A DNA stretch of 64,000 nt from an uncultured cyanobacterium (GTDB lineage: Bacteria > Cyanobacteriota > Cyanobacteriia > Pseudanabaenales > Pseudanabaenaceae): assembly GCA_963703315.1 (NCBI GenBank), contig OY969811.1, positions 972,728 through 1,036,727 of the forward strand, read 5' to 3'. The position numbers were made by a program, and so were the translations under genes. Below are positions 10,358 to 21,395 of this stretch, piece after piece. Within the stretch, counting starts at the first letter, position 1. The number at the start of each line of letters is the position of its first letter. The notes beneath the pieces are model-generated. The model worked only from the letters and a program-made list of their open reading frames with translations. It was not told the DNA's origin and ran no database searches.

Positions 10358-10398
10358 ACTGATTTTTTGAGGTGGCGAAGCCACCTCAAAAAATCAGT
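10358..10398. repeat. Intergenic hairpin, perfect 19-bp stem, GC-GAA-GC loop
   Basis: ACTGATTTTTTGAGGTGGC-GAA-GCCACCTCAAAAAATCAGT. Confidence 0.9.
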
Positions 10399-10463
10399 GA
10401 TGATTGATATAAGATGAAACTAGGCATACCGTGATTTTCCTATAGGCGATCGCACCTGCTTCC

Positions 10464-12422
10464 ATGTCATTCAAAATTCACGACGACACAATTAACCAAG
10501 TTAACCAACGCTCAGATATTGTCGATATCGTTTCTGAGCGAGTTGTGCTACGCAAAAGTGGGGCAAATTTTCGGGGAGCTTGTCCTTTTCACAATGGTAC
10601 AAATGCTACAGCGCTGACGGTGAATCCATCGCGGCAGATGTATCACTGCTTTAACTGTGGGGCAGCAGGTGGGGCAGTCAAATTTTTGATGGAGATCGAT
10701 AAGCGATCTTTTTCTGATGTAGTTTTGGATTTGGCGAAACGCTATAACGTTCCCATTCAAACTGTCGAACCAGAGAAAGCGAAAGAAATTCAGCGTCAAA
10801 TCTCCCATCGCGATCGCCTTTATGAAGTGATGGCATTGACGACAAGTTTTTATCAGCACGCACTCTATGCACCGCAGGGACGCGAGGCTCTGTCGTATCT
10901 CACCGAAAAGCGGCAAATGAGCAAAGAGACAATCCAGAAATTTCAACTGGGTTACGCGCCTGCGGGTTGGGAAACCCTGATGGGATATCTGGTGCAGCAA
11001 AAGCAGATTCCTGTAAGTTTGGTAGAAGAAGCAGGGCTAGTCGTTCCGCGTAAAACTGGGAATGGATTTTACGATCGCTTTCGCGATCGCCTCATGATTC
11101 CGATTCATGATACTCGTGGGCGGGTGATTGCCTTTGGTGGTCGCTCCCTTGGTGATGAGGAACCCAAATATTTAAACTCCCCTGAAACGGAACTCTTCAG
11201 CAAGGGGACAGTTCTCTTTGCGATGGATAAGGCGCGAGATGAAATTGCTAAGTCCGATCAAGCAATTGTTGTAGAGGGATATTTTGATGCGATCGCTTTG
11301 CATCAAGCAGGAATTAGCCAAGCGATCGCCACAATGGGAGTCGCGCTCAATGCTGACCAAATGAAGCAGTTATTGCGTTATACGGAATCGAAAAATGTAA
11401 TTTTAAATTTTGATGCCGATAAAGCAGGAATTACGGCGGCGGAAAAAGCGATCGCAGGTTTTAAAGAATTAGTTTTTAATGGAACTGTACAATTACGGGT
11501 TTTGACAATGCCCGATGGCAAAGATGCCGATGAATATCTCAAACAACATAGTGCGGATGCTTATCGCGATTTGCTCAAAAATGCACCACTATTTTTGGAT
11601 TGGCAAATCGATCAAATCCTCTCAGGTCAAGATCTTAATCAAGCCGATCGCTTTCAAAAGAGCAGTCAAGCGATCTCGCAATTGCTGAACAATCTACCCG
11701 TCGATTCCTTCTTTCGCACCCATTACATCCATACTTCTGCTCAAAAACTATCTCAAGGTAATTCCTATCTTGCATTGCGCCTAGAACAAGATCTTCGTCG
11801 TCAATTACGCAATACACGCTGGAATAGTAACAAGCCTGCTCCATCCCTGACTACAACCACAAATTCGCTGCATATTGCCGAAACTCAACTTCTGCAAATC
11901 TATCTGCATTTTCCCCAACATCGTGCATATTTATATCAAGAGATTGCTGAAGAAGAAAACATTGAATTTACACAATCCAATCACCGCTATCTCTGGCAAA
12001 CAATTCTCAATCTGCTCCAATCTAATAAAACTTCCCTTGCTGCCGAAGAACCCTACCCCGATCATCTAGTTCAACAATTACAGATTCTCTGTGCTGAGCA
12101 AGAAGAAGTGGCTCAGCAGTTACAGCATTTACTCTGGCTCGATGAAAACTCGCGCATTGGTTTATTACGTCCTCAAATTGTTGTCAGAACGGCGATCGCC
12201 AAAATCCAATACATCATGTGTGAGAAGCATGAAAAGGACTGGTTAAGCAAATATCAAAGTATTGATGTGATTGCTAATCCCGCCTTTGGTTATGAATGTC
12301 AAGCCAAAGTTAAAGAGGCAAGGCAACGTAAAGCTGAAATTCGTAAACAGATTGAAGTTAATTATCTTGATCTCTCTGGTACTGGTACTAATACGAATGA
12401 GAAGAACATTATCGAGTTTTAA
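10464..12422 (+). CDS. dnaG: DNA primase
   Basis: Zn finger CPFH...CFNC, PKYLNSPET, and TOPRIM VVEGYFD / FDAD motifs. Confidence 0.97.
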   Translation: MSFKIHDDTINQVNQRSDIVDIVSERVVLRKSGANFRGACPFHNGTNATALTVNPSRQMYHCFNCGAAGGAVKFLMEIDKRSFSDVVLDLAKRYNVPIQTVEPEKAKEIQRQISHRDRLYEVMALTTSFYQHALYAPQGREALSYLTEKRQMSKETIQKFQLGYAPAGWETLMGYLVQQKQIPVSLVEEAGLVVPRKTGNGFYDRFRDRLMIPIHDTRGRVIAFGGRSLGDEEPKYLNSPETELFSKGTVLFAMDKARDEIAKSDQAIVVEGYFDAIALHQAGISQAIATMGVALNADQMKQLLRYTESKNVILNFDADKAGITAAEKAIAGFKELVFNGTVQLRVLTMPDGKDADEYLKQHSADAYRDLLKNAPLFLDWQIDQILSGQDLNQADRFQKSSQAISQLLNNLPVDSFFRTHYIHTSAQKLSQGNSYLALRLEQDLRRQLRNTRWNSNKPAPSLTTTTNSLHIAETQLLQIYLHFPQHRAYLYQEIAEEENIEFTQSNHRYLWQTILNLLQSNKTSLAAEEPYPDHLVQQLQILCAEQEEVAQQLQHLLWLDENSRIGLLRPQIVVRTAIAKIQYIMCEKHEKDWLSKYQSIDVIANPAFGYECQAKVKEARQRKAEIRKQIEVNYLDLSGTGTNTNEKNIIEF

Positions 12423-12467
12423 AATGCTATAAGCTATAACAATCCCATTAGTTTAATTTTAAATCTA

Positions 12468-13052
12468 ATGAAACAAGCGATCGCCAATCTAGAATTAGCT
12501 AACCCCAAAGCTTTGACAGATCAAGAATTTATGTCACTGCCTGAAAATGACAATCTTTATGAATATGTGGATGGAGAGCTAATTGTTGGGGCAAATTCAG
12601 GTGTAGAGCATGGCTATTTAGCACTTACTCTCGGATATTTTTTGACTGGCTTTGTGCGTACTCATAAGCTCGGTGTGACTTGCGACTCCAGTACCGCGTT
12701 TAAAATGAAAACGGGCAATAAGCGATCGCCTGATCTTGCGTTTATTGCTAAAGAACGGTTGCAAGGATTAAAGCGCTTACCAAAAGGATTTTTTGATGGC
12801 GCTCCTGACTTAGCTGTAGAAATTATTTCTCCCAATAATACGTTTGAGGAAATCCATAACAAATTAGTAGAATATTTTGAAAATGGAACTCGCTTAGTAT
12901 GGGTAATCTTACCCGATAAAGAATGTGTATTGGTTTACCATAAACCTAAACCATCAAAGCTTTTGCAGTTAGAAGATAATCTTGATGGAGAAGATGTTAT
13001 TCCTAATTTTAGTCTTCCCTTATCAGAAATATTTCAAGAGTTATCTTTTTAA
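12468..13052 (+). CDS. Uma2 family protein
   Basis: YEYVDGEL, RSPDLAFI, APDLAVEIISP and YFENGTRLVWVI motifs. Confidence 0.92.
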   Translation: MKQAIANLELANPKALTDQEFMSLPENDNLYEYVDGELIVGANSGVEHGYLALTLGYFLTGFVRTHKLGVTCDSSTAFKMKTGNKRSPDLAFIAKERLQGLKRLPKGFFDGAPDLAVEIISPNNTFEEIHNKLVEYFENGTRLVWVILPDKECVLVYHKPKPSKLLQLEDNLDGEDVIPNFSLPLSEIFQELSF

Positions 13053-13056
13053 CTGT

Positions 13057-14250
13057 TTATTGATTAAATTTAAGTAACCAACCGATCGCCGCGCCAGCAA
13101 TTACTAACCAAGCAGAATTAACTTTAGGGAACTTGAGGAGAATGAGCAAACTCGCGATCGCCATAATAATTGTCCAAATATCAACTAAAGTTCCGCGACC
13201 TAATTCCCATGCTACGGCTGCCATCAAGCCAATGGAAGCGGCATTTACACCATCGAGAAATCCTGCTGTCCAAGTCGATTTGCGTAACTTTGAGACAAAG
13301 GGATTAATTAACGGAACCAAAATAAATGCTGGTAAAAAGATGCCAATTGTGCCAGCGATCGCCCCTAAATTTCCTGCCACCAGATAGCCGATAAATGTCG
13401 CGGTGGTAAACAAAGGACCTGGAGTAAACTGCCCGATCGCCACTGCATCTAATAGCTGTTGGGAAGTTAGCCAATGGGTGCGATCGACAAATTCTTGCTG
13501 CACAAAGGCTAACAATACATAACCGCCACCATAGAGAACGGAACCAATTTTGAGAAAACTGAGAAATACGGCTGTCCAAGTTTTGGGATGTGCTTCAGCA
13601 GCAATAGTAGCTAAAGGAAAAGGGAAAAAAGAAAAGGGGAAAAATATACTGGGTAGGAATTTATTGGATTTGTTGAACTTAAGATTGTGAACTAAAGATA
13701 CGACAAGTCCTGCGCCTAACATCAGGGCAATTTCGTTGATTCTGAGAAAATAGAGTGCTAATACTAAAATTCCTACGCTCCAAGTTGGAATATCTTTTAA
13801 GGCTGATCGCCCTAATTTCCATAATGCTTGGACGATAATCGCAATAATGACTGGCTTCACCCCATACAGCAGCCAACCCACAGCAGGGATAGTTTGATAC
13901 TCCACATAAACCACTGCTAATCCCCACACCAGCAGCATTGCAGGAATAATAAAACTTGCTCCTGCCACGATTGCGCCTAACACTCCTGCCTGTTCTAATC
14001 CCACATGAATCACTAACTCCGTTGAGTTAGGACCTGGAATCAAATTGCTAATACTGAGCAGATCCAGTAACTTCTCACGACTTAACCATTGACGTTGCTG
14101 CACTACCTCCCGTTCTATTTGAGCGATATGAGCAGCAGGACCACCAAAGGCGATCGCACCTAATTTACTAAAAACAACTGCTAAATCCCACAATTTGGCT
14201 TTGAGATGTAACGGCTCTAGTTCTAAATCTTTTTTTGTATACTCAGGCAT
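13057..14250 (-). CDS. chrA: Chromate efflux transporter (CHR family, long form)
   Basis: FGGPAAH, PGPNS, YGGGYVL and GQFTPGP repeats in two homologous halves. Confidence 0.93.
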   Translation of the reverse strand: MPEYTKKDLELEPLHLKAKLWDLAVVFSKLGAIAFGGPAAHIAQIEREVVQQRQWLSREKLLDLLSISNLIPGPNSTELVIHVGLEQAGVLGAIVAGASFIIPAMLLVWGLAVVYVEYQTIPAVGWLLYGVKPVIIAIIVQALWKLGRSALKDIPTWSVGILVLALYFLRINEIALMLGAGLVVSLVHNLKFNKSNKFLPSIFFPFSFFPFPLATIAAEAHPKTWTAVFLSFLKIGSVLYGGGYVLLAFVQQEFVDRTHWLTSQQLLDAVAIGQFTPGPLFTTATFIGYLVAGNLGAIAGTIGIFLPAFILVPLINPFVSKLRKSTWTAGFLDGVNAASIGLMAAVAWELGRGTLVDIWTIIMAIASLLILLKFPKVNSAWLVIAGAAIGWLLKFNQ

Positions 14251-14300
14251 ATTTTTTGAAAATTAGGTGCGACATACTGGGATTGCATCAATAGTCGATA

Positions 14301-14349
14301 GAGCTTTTGTAGCTGCCAATCGCTTTCTGGATTGGCAGCTATAAAACTC
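14301..14349. repeat. Imperfect intergenic inverted repeat (~20-bp arms, 8-nt loop)
   Basis: GAGCTTTTGTAGCTGCCAATC-N8-GATTGGCAGCTATAAAACTC, between divergent genes. Confidence 0.7.
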
Positions 14350-14451
14350 AAACAAATCATCTAATAGTTAATTGCAGATGAGCATACACAAAGACTTATA
14401 CTTTTTGCAGGTATCCCAGAATACTAAATAGCTTTTGCCTAAATTACAGAT

Positions 14452-15027
14452 ATGGTAGATTCGCTCAATTCACAGTCAGTACAGCATTTACAAACTTCAG
14501 CAAGTTCGGATTTGGAGCTATGTCGTCAGCCTGAGCCGATGTTTTATTACTTTGCTTATGGGTCTTGTATGTGTCCTGTGGATTTGAAGCGATCGCTTGG
14601 TGAGACAGCCCATCATTATGTGGTGGGGGTAGCACGTTTGAGTGGTTACAAACTTGGTTTCTATTACCGATCGCCCCATCGTGATTGCGGTTGTTTAGAT
14701 ATTGTCAGAGATCCAAATTCTTATGTAGAAGGGGTTTTGTATTGTCTACCGATGCGGCTAAGCGATCGCCTAGATATTCGTGAAGATGTATCGAGGGGCG
14801 GCTATCAACATGAACTGATCACGGTGACTGTTGGCAAAGATACTTATACAAATGTCAGAACTTATAGCGTGGTTAATAAGCTCTCACGCGAACTAGCTCC
14901 CAATGATTGGTATTCCAATGTAGTTTTGCGTGGTGCTTCTACCTGTGGATTAACGGAAAAATATTTCTGGCAGTTGTTCTATCACATTTATCGATTGCAG
15001 TCCTATCATCAACGTCAATATGGATAG
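14452..15027 (+). CDS. Gamma-glutamylcyclotransferase (AIG2/GGCT-like) family protein
   Basis: YYFAYGSCM, VEGVLY, LDIRE and PNDWY motifs. Confidence 0.85.
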   Translation: MVDSLNSQSVQHLQTSASSDLELCRQPEPMFYYFAYGSCMCPVDLKRSLGETAHHYVVGVARLSGYKLGFYYRSPHRDCGCLDIVRDPNSYVEGVLYCLPMRLSDRLDIREDVSRGGYQHELITVTVGKDTYTNVRTYSVVNKLSRELAPNDWYSNVVLRGASTCGLTEKYFWQLFYHIYRLQSYHQRQYG

Positions 15028-15028
15028 G

Positions 15029-15084
15029 AATAGTGCGGCGAAGCCGCACTATTATTTATAGTGGCGCAAAGCGCCGCTATAAAT
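15029..15084. repeat. Two tandem hairpins (GC-GAA-GC and GC-AAA-GC loops) between convergent genes
   Basis: AATAGTGCGGC-GAA-GCCGCACTATT followed by ATTTATAGTGGCGC-AAA-GCGCCGCTATAAAT. Confidence 0.85.
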
Positions 15085-15094
15085 GCTATAAATC

Positions 15095-16225
<1,131 letters not shown>

Positions 16226-16279
16226 TTACAATCCTTAATTTATCTACAGATGCAAACAGCCTCTAATTGTATCGCACAA

Positions 16280-17203
16280 TCATTGAGAAGATTTTAATCG
16301 ATTGCCTAAGCTGCGGTAATAGATTGTGCCAACGATCGCAAAAAATATGACGTAGGCGATCGCTTGTACTAGATAAAGCTTATCGGTATAACCGAATAGG
16401 GAACTAAGAATTACCCCCGGAAACTTTTCGGCGGGGAGGACTTTACTGGTATTCCAGACCATATTGCCAAGGATGCAGGAATGCTCACGGGCAAAATGCT
16501 CGTAATAGAAACAAATAGCTTCAGACTTGCGATCGCTTTGGGAGAGAATCCGTAAAGCCGTATCAAAATGTCCGAGGGCAGAAATTACTAGACCAGAGAC
16601 AATCGATAGCAGCATAAAGCCCATAATTTTGAAAAAGGCGCGGATATTGATTTGGATACCAAATTTAAATAGGGCGATCGCGATTAAAGTAGCTGCACCA
16701 ATGCCACTAATCGCTCCGAGGGCTGGCATAAATCCTTCTTGGAACTTGGCAGAAATAAATAAAACAACTTCAAAACCTTCGCGCAAAATCGCAAACAGAA
16801 TTAGTCCAAAAATTCCTAAGCCTGCTTTTTTACCTTTACCTAAAACGTTATTTAACGATCCTTCGATTTCCCCCTTCATAGCCCGACTCTGTTTGGTCAT
16901 CCAGATCAACATCCATGTCAGCATGGCGATCGCCGCAACACTAAATAGACCTTCGAGTAATGGCTCAAATACTGCCGATAGTTCGGGGTTGCTCGTACCA
17001 ACACTTTGCATGAACAAATTAAATAGAATACCGACGATCGCACTAATTACGAGTCCAATACCAATACCTGCAAATACCCATTTATTAAGATGCGATCGCT
17101 TAGCACGTTTGAGATATGCCATGACAATACCAATTACCAGCGCGGCTTCGACACCTTCACGCAAGGTAATCACAAAAGTAGGAAGAGTTAAACTAAAGTC
17201 CAT
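16280..17203 (-). CDS. FTR1/EfeU-family iron permease
   Basis: Two REGxE motifs (LREGVEA, LREGFEV) in a multi-TM protein. Confidence 0.93.
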   Translation of the reverse strand: MDFSLTLPTFVITLREGVEAALVIGIVMAYLKRAKRSHLNKWVFAGIGIGLVISAIVGILFNLFMQSVGTSNPELSAVFEPLLEGLFSVAAIAMLTWMLIWMTKQSRAMKGEIEGSLNNVLGKGKKAGLGIFGLILFAILREGFEVVLFISAKFQEGFMPALGAISGIGAATLIAIALFKFGIQINIRAFFKIMGFMLLSIVSGLVISALGHFDTALRILSQSDRKSEAICFYYEHFAREHSCILGNMVWNTSKVLPAEKFPGVILSSLFGYTDKLYLVQAIAYVIFFAIVGTIYYRSLGNRLKSSQ

Positions 17204-17232
17204 AAAGTTTTTAGATAAAAATTTTTTCTTAT

Positions 17233-17269
17233 CCCCCTCTCCCCTAGGGAGAGAGGCTAGGGGTGAGGG
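17233..17269. repeat. Cyanobacterial CCCCTCTCCC..GGGAGAGG..GGGGTGAGGG repeat; reverse-oriented relative at 37192-37222
   Basis: Sequence similarity between the two sites; internal hairpin. Confidence 0.7.
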
Positions 17270-17271
17270 TC

Positions 17272-18345
17272 TTAGGATTTTGCATAAACCTTAGCAGCAG
17301 CTTGTTCGTTGCCCTTAATCAGTTCCGACATATCCGCAACCGAAAGCACAGGTTTGTCTGGGGCGATCGCACTAGGATAGGCTGACTTGAGTTTTGCCAA
17401 ACTTGCCGTGAATTGTTTATGAGATTCAGGATGTTCCTTTTCCATTGTTGACGCAATGTTTTTATACAACTGCTCGACATAAATTGTGAAACCGCGTGAA
17501 TCTTGATATTCGATGATTTCTTTGATTTTGTCATTAGCGATCGCCGCCTGATATTCTGTACCCGCCGTATCGAGAATCGTATTAATCACTTGCAGTGCCA
17601 GCTTTGGTGATTGGCGTTGGGTTTCAGGAATTGCGGCGATCGCGGCATCAATACTAGCCATTGCTTCATTATATTTCGCAGCAATACTTGGATCGGTCGG
17701 CTTAGACTTAACCAACTGCTGCAAATCCATCAACACTTGCTTAAATTCTTTGACATTACGCTCCTTCAATTGACCTTCGACATCCGCATAAATTTCTTCC
17801 ACAGGATGCTCGATGTGAGGGAGCGCTTGGTCAGGTTTTTGAAGATCCAGCAATTCCTTTGCCACAATCATGTGACCTTTCATCAAACCCAACTTAGTTA
17901 AATAGTCAACATCCTTAGCTTCACCTGTTAGCACCACAGTTTCTGTGCCAACCATATCCTTGATTTGGTCAAACTGTGCCGCAGTTACCACCTTCTTTGT
18001 AACTAAATCTTCAGCCTTGGTATAGGGACGCGCCGCCTGAATCTTGTTAGATAAGCCCGCTATTCCTAACTTTGCTTCAACCTTATCTAGCTCCGATAGG
18101 ATCGCTTCATTGATATTGATCTTATTTTTGGTATGACCACTCATGCCATCTTTGTGAGACTTACTCTTAGGCTTAGATTCACTAATCGCAACAGGTGAAG
18201 TCGGACTAGTTGCAGTTGGAGTGTTAGTACAGGCAGAGATGGCGATCGCACCAACTAAAGAGAGTATGAATAACATCAAAAATGCTTTGGTCTTAAATAA
18301 AAACTGCACTAAAGATTTAAATAACTTGGTGATGATTGCGAGCAT
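17272..18345 (-). CDS. Putative lipoprotein with a helix-hairpin-helix domain and a His/Glu-rich helical domain (FTR1-associated)
   Basis: Lipobox-like ISAC, KININEA...RPY HhH-like segment, and MKGH, HIEHPVEE and EYQDSRGF motifs. Confidence 0.75.
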   Translation of the reverse strand: MLAIITKLFKSLVQFLFKTKAFLMLFILSLVGAIAISACTNTPTATSPTSPVAISESKPKSKSHKDGMSGHTKNKININEAILSELDKVEAKLGIAGLSNKIQAARPYTKAEDLVTKKVVTAAQFDQIKDMVGTETVVLTGEAKDVDYLTKLGLMKGHMIVAKELLDLQKPDQALPHIEHPVEEIYADVEGQLKERNVKEFKQVLMDLQQLVKSKPTDPSIAAKYNEAMASIDAAIAAIPETQRQSPKLALQVINTILDTAGTEYQAAIANDKIKEIIEYQDSRGFTIYVEQLYKNIASTMEKEHPESHKQFTASLAKLKSAYPSAIAPDKPVLSVADMSELIKGNEQAAAKVYAKS

Positions 18346-18385
18346 GAAGATAAATAAAAGATGAATAAATAGATAATTGCTAGGT

Positions 18386-18450
18386 AATGCAACTAATTTG
18401 CAATAACTAATTTAAATCTATTAGAACATAAACTTGCAAATAATTTGCAA
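18386..18450. promoter_or_regulatory. Candidate metal-regulator (Fur-like) operators upstream of the lipoprotein-FTR1 genes
   Basis: TTGCAAA-TAA-TTTGCAA at 18434-18450 (7-3-7), a related TGCAAC-TAA-TTTGCA near 18388, and the palindrome CTATTTGCAAATAG at 19513-19526 upstream of the MCO. Confidence 0.5.
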
Positions 18451-18451
18451 T

Positions 18452-18506
18452 AAAGAACCAAATTTTTGTAGCGCGGCTTTGCCGCGCTACAAAAATTTGG
18501 TTCTTT
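18452..18506. repeat. Hairpin, perfect 26-bp stem, GC-TTT-GC loop
   Basis: AAAGAACCAAATTTTTGTAGCGCGGC-TTT-GCCGCGCTACAAAAATTTGGTTCTTT. Confidence 0.9.
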
Positions 18507-19503
18507 ACCCCGCCACTACATCAAACAACCCCATACAGCCAGCCTCCGCGATCGCATCTTGGTGCGGATGAAACATATATTTGCCCGTAAACCGATAGGT
18601 CAACTCTAAAATATGACGCTCGGCTGTCCCCATTGTAATTACGTCGGTTTCTTCGCTAGGAGTCATGCTGCGTCCTGTGCGATAGACCTGAAACATATTG
18701 GCATGGACATGAAATGTCGCCACAGGGTCAAACTCAATCATATTAAGGACATATAGGCGCAATAACTGATTTTGCTGCACTGCGATCGGTTGTTGCATAT
18801 AGAAATGAGGCAAACCATTGAAGGCATACATCTCATTACGTCCATCCCCATCAATGTCATATCCCGCCATGATTAACACCATTTCATCGGCAGGAGGTCG
18901 CGGCGTAGGTGGATCGATAATGAACATCCCGTACAAGCCCTTACCAATATGCCGTGTTACTGGTTCCACATGACAATGATATAAATGCACACCATAAGGC
19001 ATTGCATCAAATTCATAAATAGTCGCCGCTCCATTGCGAATCGGCTTTACGCCATCCATCTCTGAGGGGTGTTCGCCATGAAAATGCAACGAGTGCGAAT
19101 GTCCTCCCTGATTAGCAAAAGCAATCCTAATGCGATCGCCTTCTGTCGCTCTTAACGTCGGACCTGGTACGCGATCATTTACATTCCAAGTAATAAAATC
19201 CGTAGAAGCATTTAACTTAACTGTTTTACTTCTAGCAGTTAGTTCAAACTCGCGCACCATGCGCCCATTTTCTTGAGTAACCTTGCCATAATCAAATTCT
19301 CGCAAAGCGGCGATCGGATTGAGTCCACTAGTTTTAATGCGTTCCTGTGAGGCAGCACTAAGATTCATCGGCGGAATCATTACCTTTTTAGGCGTATTGC
19401 TTGCAGATTTATTTGTAACTATGGGACTACAGGCGATCGCGCCTCCCAGCAGTCCCATACTACCAAGACCCCACTCTAATATTTTTCTACGCTGCCGATC
19501 CAT
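18505..19503 (-). CDS. Two-domain multicopper oxidase with a Tat-like signal
   Basis: QRRKIL signal; HSLHFH, LYHCH, TFHVH and MFHPH copper motifs. Confidence 0.92.
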   Translation of the reverse strand: MDRQRRKILEWGLGSMGLLGGAIACSPIVTNKSASNTPKKVMIPPMNLSAASQERIKTSGLNPIAALREFDYGKVTQENGRMVREFELTARSKTVKLNASTDFITWNVNDRVPGPTLRATEGDRIRIAFANQGGHSHSLHFHGEHPSEMDGVKPIRNGAATIYEFDAMPYGVHLYHCHVEPVTRHIGKGLYGMFIIDPPTPRPPADEMVLIMAGYDIDGDGRNEMYAFNGLPHFYMQQPIAVQQNQLLRLYVLNMIEFDPVATFHVHANMFQVYRTGRSMTPSEETDVITMGTAERHILELTYRFTGKYMFHPHQDAIAEAGCMGLFDVVAG

Positions 19504-19645
19504 TAACTCTAGCTATTTGCAAATAGTTCTTATTTAGGTTAACAGATTGCATAGGTATTTTAAGAATCTCAACGTTTTACAGCGATCACCCTGCAATTGA
19601 GCTTTACTCAAGATATAGAAAATTTTTAAATAAGGGTCTAACACT

Positions 19646-20479
19646 ATGGTTCAACAAATTTTATTAGCTGTCGATGGTTCAGGGCGATCGCGCGAAATGA
19701 TGAATATACTTCTAGCCCTGCCGAACTTTCAAAGTTCACAAATCAATATTCTGCACGTTATTCCCAACTCAACTACGTCGGAAAGCATCACTGAATATCG
19801 CCTTGCAGGTGAAAAGATTATCGACAGAGAAATCAAAAATTTGCGCTTGGCTTCGGGTAATACCACCGTATCCCTGCTCAAAGAAGGTGAGCCTAAAGAT
19901 GTTGTTAGCAAAGTTGCCGAAGAATTGAAAGCTGACCTGCTGATTATGGGATCGCGGGGGATGGGTCGTTTACAAGCAATTTTGGCAAACTCGGTCAGTC
20001 AATATGTTTTCCAACTGTCTGATGTGCCGATGCTCTTGATTAAAGACGACGTATATATCAAAACCATCCGTAGTGTCATGGTGTCGGTTGATGGCTCGGC
20101 TGCTTCTAAAGAAAGCCTCGATCTAGCAATTAAACTTGTTAGTGGTGCTAAGGATGTGGAAATTTTCTTAACAAGAGTTGTTAAACGCAAGGACGATGCA
20201 AATGCCACCACTGACCCTGTTCTCGCAGAAGCTAGCGCGAAACTTAAGCGTCTCAATATTCCAAGCCGATCCTTTATTGGTGCTGGGGATGTCGGTAAAG
20301 AACTTGTGAGACTTGCGGATGAATCTAATGCGAGTTTGCTACTGGTTGGTTCTGCCGATCGCCGTCCTTCGATCGCCCGTAACTTACCTGACCTCGATCG
20401 CTTATTGGGTGCATCAGTTTCTGACTATGTGCGGGTTAATGCCACTGTTCCCGTGTTGCTAACTCGCACGGTTGAATAA
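19646..20479 (+). CDS. Tandem-domain universal stress protein
   Basis: Two USP domains (LAVDGS...IMGSRGMG; VSVDGS...LVGS). Confidence 0.92.
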   Translation: MVQQILLAVDGSGRSREMMNILLALPNFQSSQINILHVIPNSTTSESITEYRLAGEKIIDREIKNLRLASGNTTVSLLKEGEPKDVVSKVAEELKADLLIMGSRGMGRLQAILANSVSQYVFQLSDVPMLLIKDDVYIKTIRSVMVSVDGSAASKESLDLAIKLVSGAKDVEIFLTRVVKRKDDANATTDPVLAEASAKLKRLNIPSRSFIGAGDVGKELVRLADESNASLLLVGSADRRPSIARNLPDLDRLLGASVSDYVRVNATVPVLLTRTVE

Positions 20480-20480
20480 A

Positions 20481-20515
20481 AAAATATGTGAGGCGCTTTG
20501 CGCCTCACATATTTT
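20481..20515. terminator. Bidirectional hairpin, 16-bp stem, GC-TTT-GC loop
   Basis: AAAATATGTGAGGCGC-TTT-GCGCCTCACATATTTT between convergent genes. Confidence 0.8.
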
Positions 20516-21257
20516 CATTAATGCCAAGCGATCGCAGTTTTGCTAACAATAACTCCACCTGTTTTTGTGATTCATCAGCCCTTTGACTTTCAGCATCAGC
20601 CCTGCGCCTCTCGATACTAGCCATTTGCCTCTCAATCTCGGTTTGTTCCTCAAGACTGAGATAGCGATCGCCGCGTTCATCAAACCAGCTTAAAACTTCA
20701 CGCCGCAAAGGATCGGTGGGTAATACACAGCGTCCAATTCCTAAGCCGATCTCTGGCATCCATAGGGGTTCGCCGATTTGTAATTGGTAAGCTCCATCAA
20801 CTAATTTATAAACCTCAAAGGGCAAATGTCCATCACGCCGCCAGAACTCAGGATTATAAATCACATAATATTTCACGCCCAACTTACGATAAATCTCTAG
20901 CTTTTCCTCGTACTCATCGTTATAGCTATGAGACACCATTTCCAAAGTCAAGATCGGTGCGGTAAAGTTCTCTTCCCACATCACATAACTCTTGCGAGAC
21001 TTTCCGCGCTTACGTCTTTCCACACCTAAGCTCAAGAATCCATCAGGAACTACAGGTACTCTAGGACTTACCCCTGTATTGTGATATATGCCCATATCCG
21101 CGCCAAAGTACCAATCATCGCGACTTTTCCAGATATATTCCAGTAGGAATAGTAGTAAATTGGGTACAAAATTCTGATCTTCGTTATCCACAGGAATATC
21201 ATCGGAATCGGGTAATTCGTCACTGGTGGGCAGATGTTGGCGATCTATTTGCAGCAT
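20505..21257 (-). CDS. Uma2 family protein (coiled-coil C-terminal type)
   Basis: LPTSDELPDSDD, VVPDGFLSLG, LEMVS and KLEIYRKLGVKYY motifs. Confidence 0.9.
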   Translation of the reverse strand: MLQIDRQHLPTSDELPDSDDIPVDNEDQNFVPNLLLFLLEYIWKSRDDWYFGADMGIYHNTGVSPRVPVVPDGFLSLGVERRKRGKSRKSYVMWEENFTAPILTLEMVSHSYNDEYEEKLEIYRKLGVKYYVIYNPEFWRRDGHLPFEVYKLVDGAYQLQIGEPLWMPEIGLGIGRCVLPTDPLRREVLSWFDERGDRYLSLEEQTEIERQMASIERRRADAESQRADESQKQVELLLAKLRSLGINENM

Positions 21258-21395
21258 CGGTTAACCCCAAAAGTATCCTAGCTATTTACTCGTATTATAT
21301 AGGTATGTATCGGCGGCGCGAAGCGCTGCTTATTTTAGTTAGCTTTGCAGGCATAATCGGAAACTGTGCTTTCAAAATTTACGTCCTAGCAATTT

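Noticed and set aside
16527-17294. 255-aa plus-strand ORF
   Set aside because: It lies antisense to the well-supported FTR1 gene and has no motifs; a shadow ORF.
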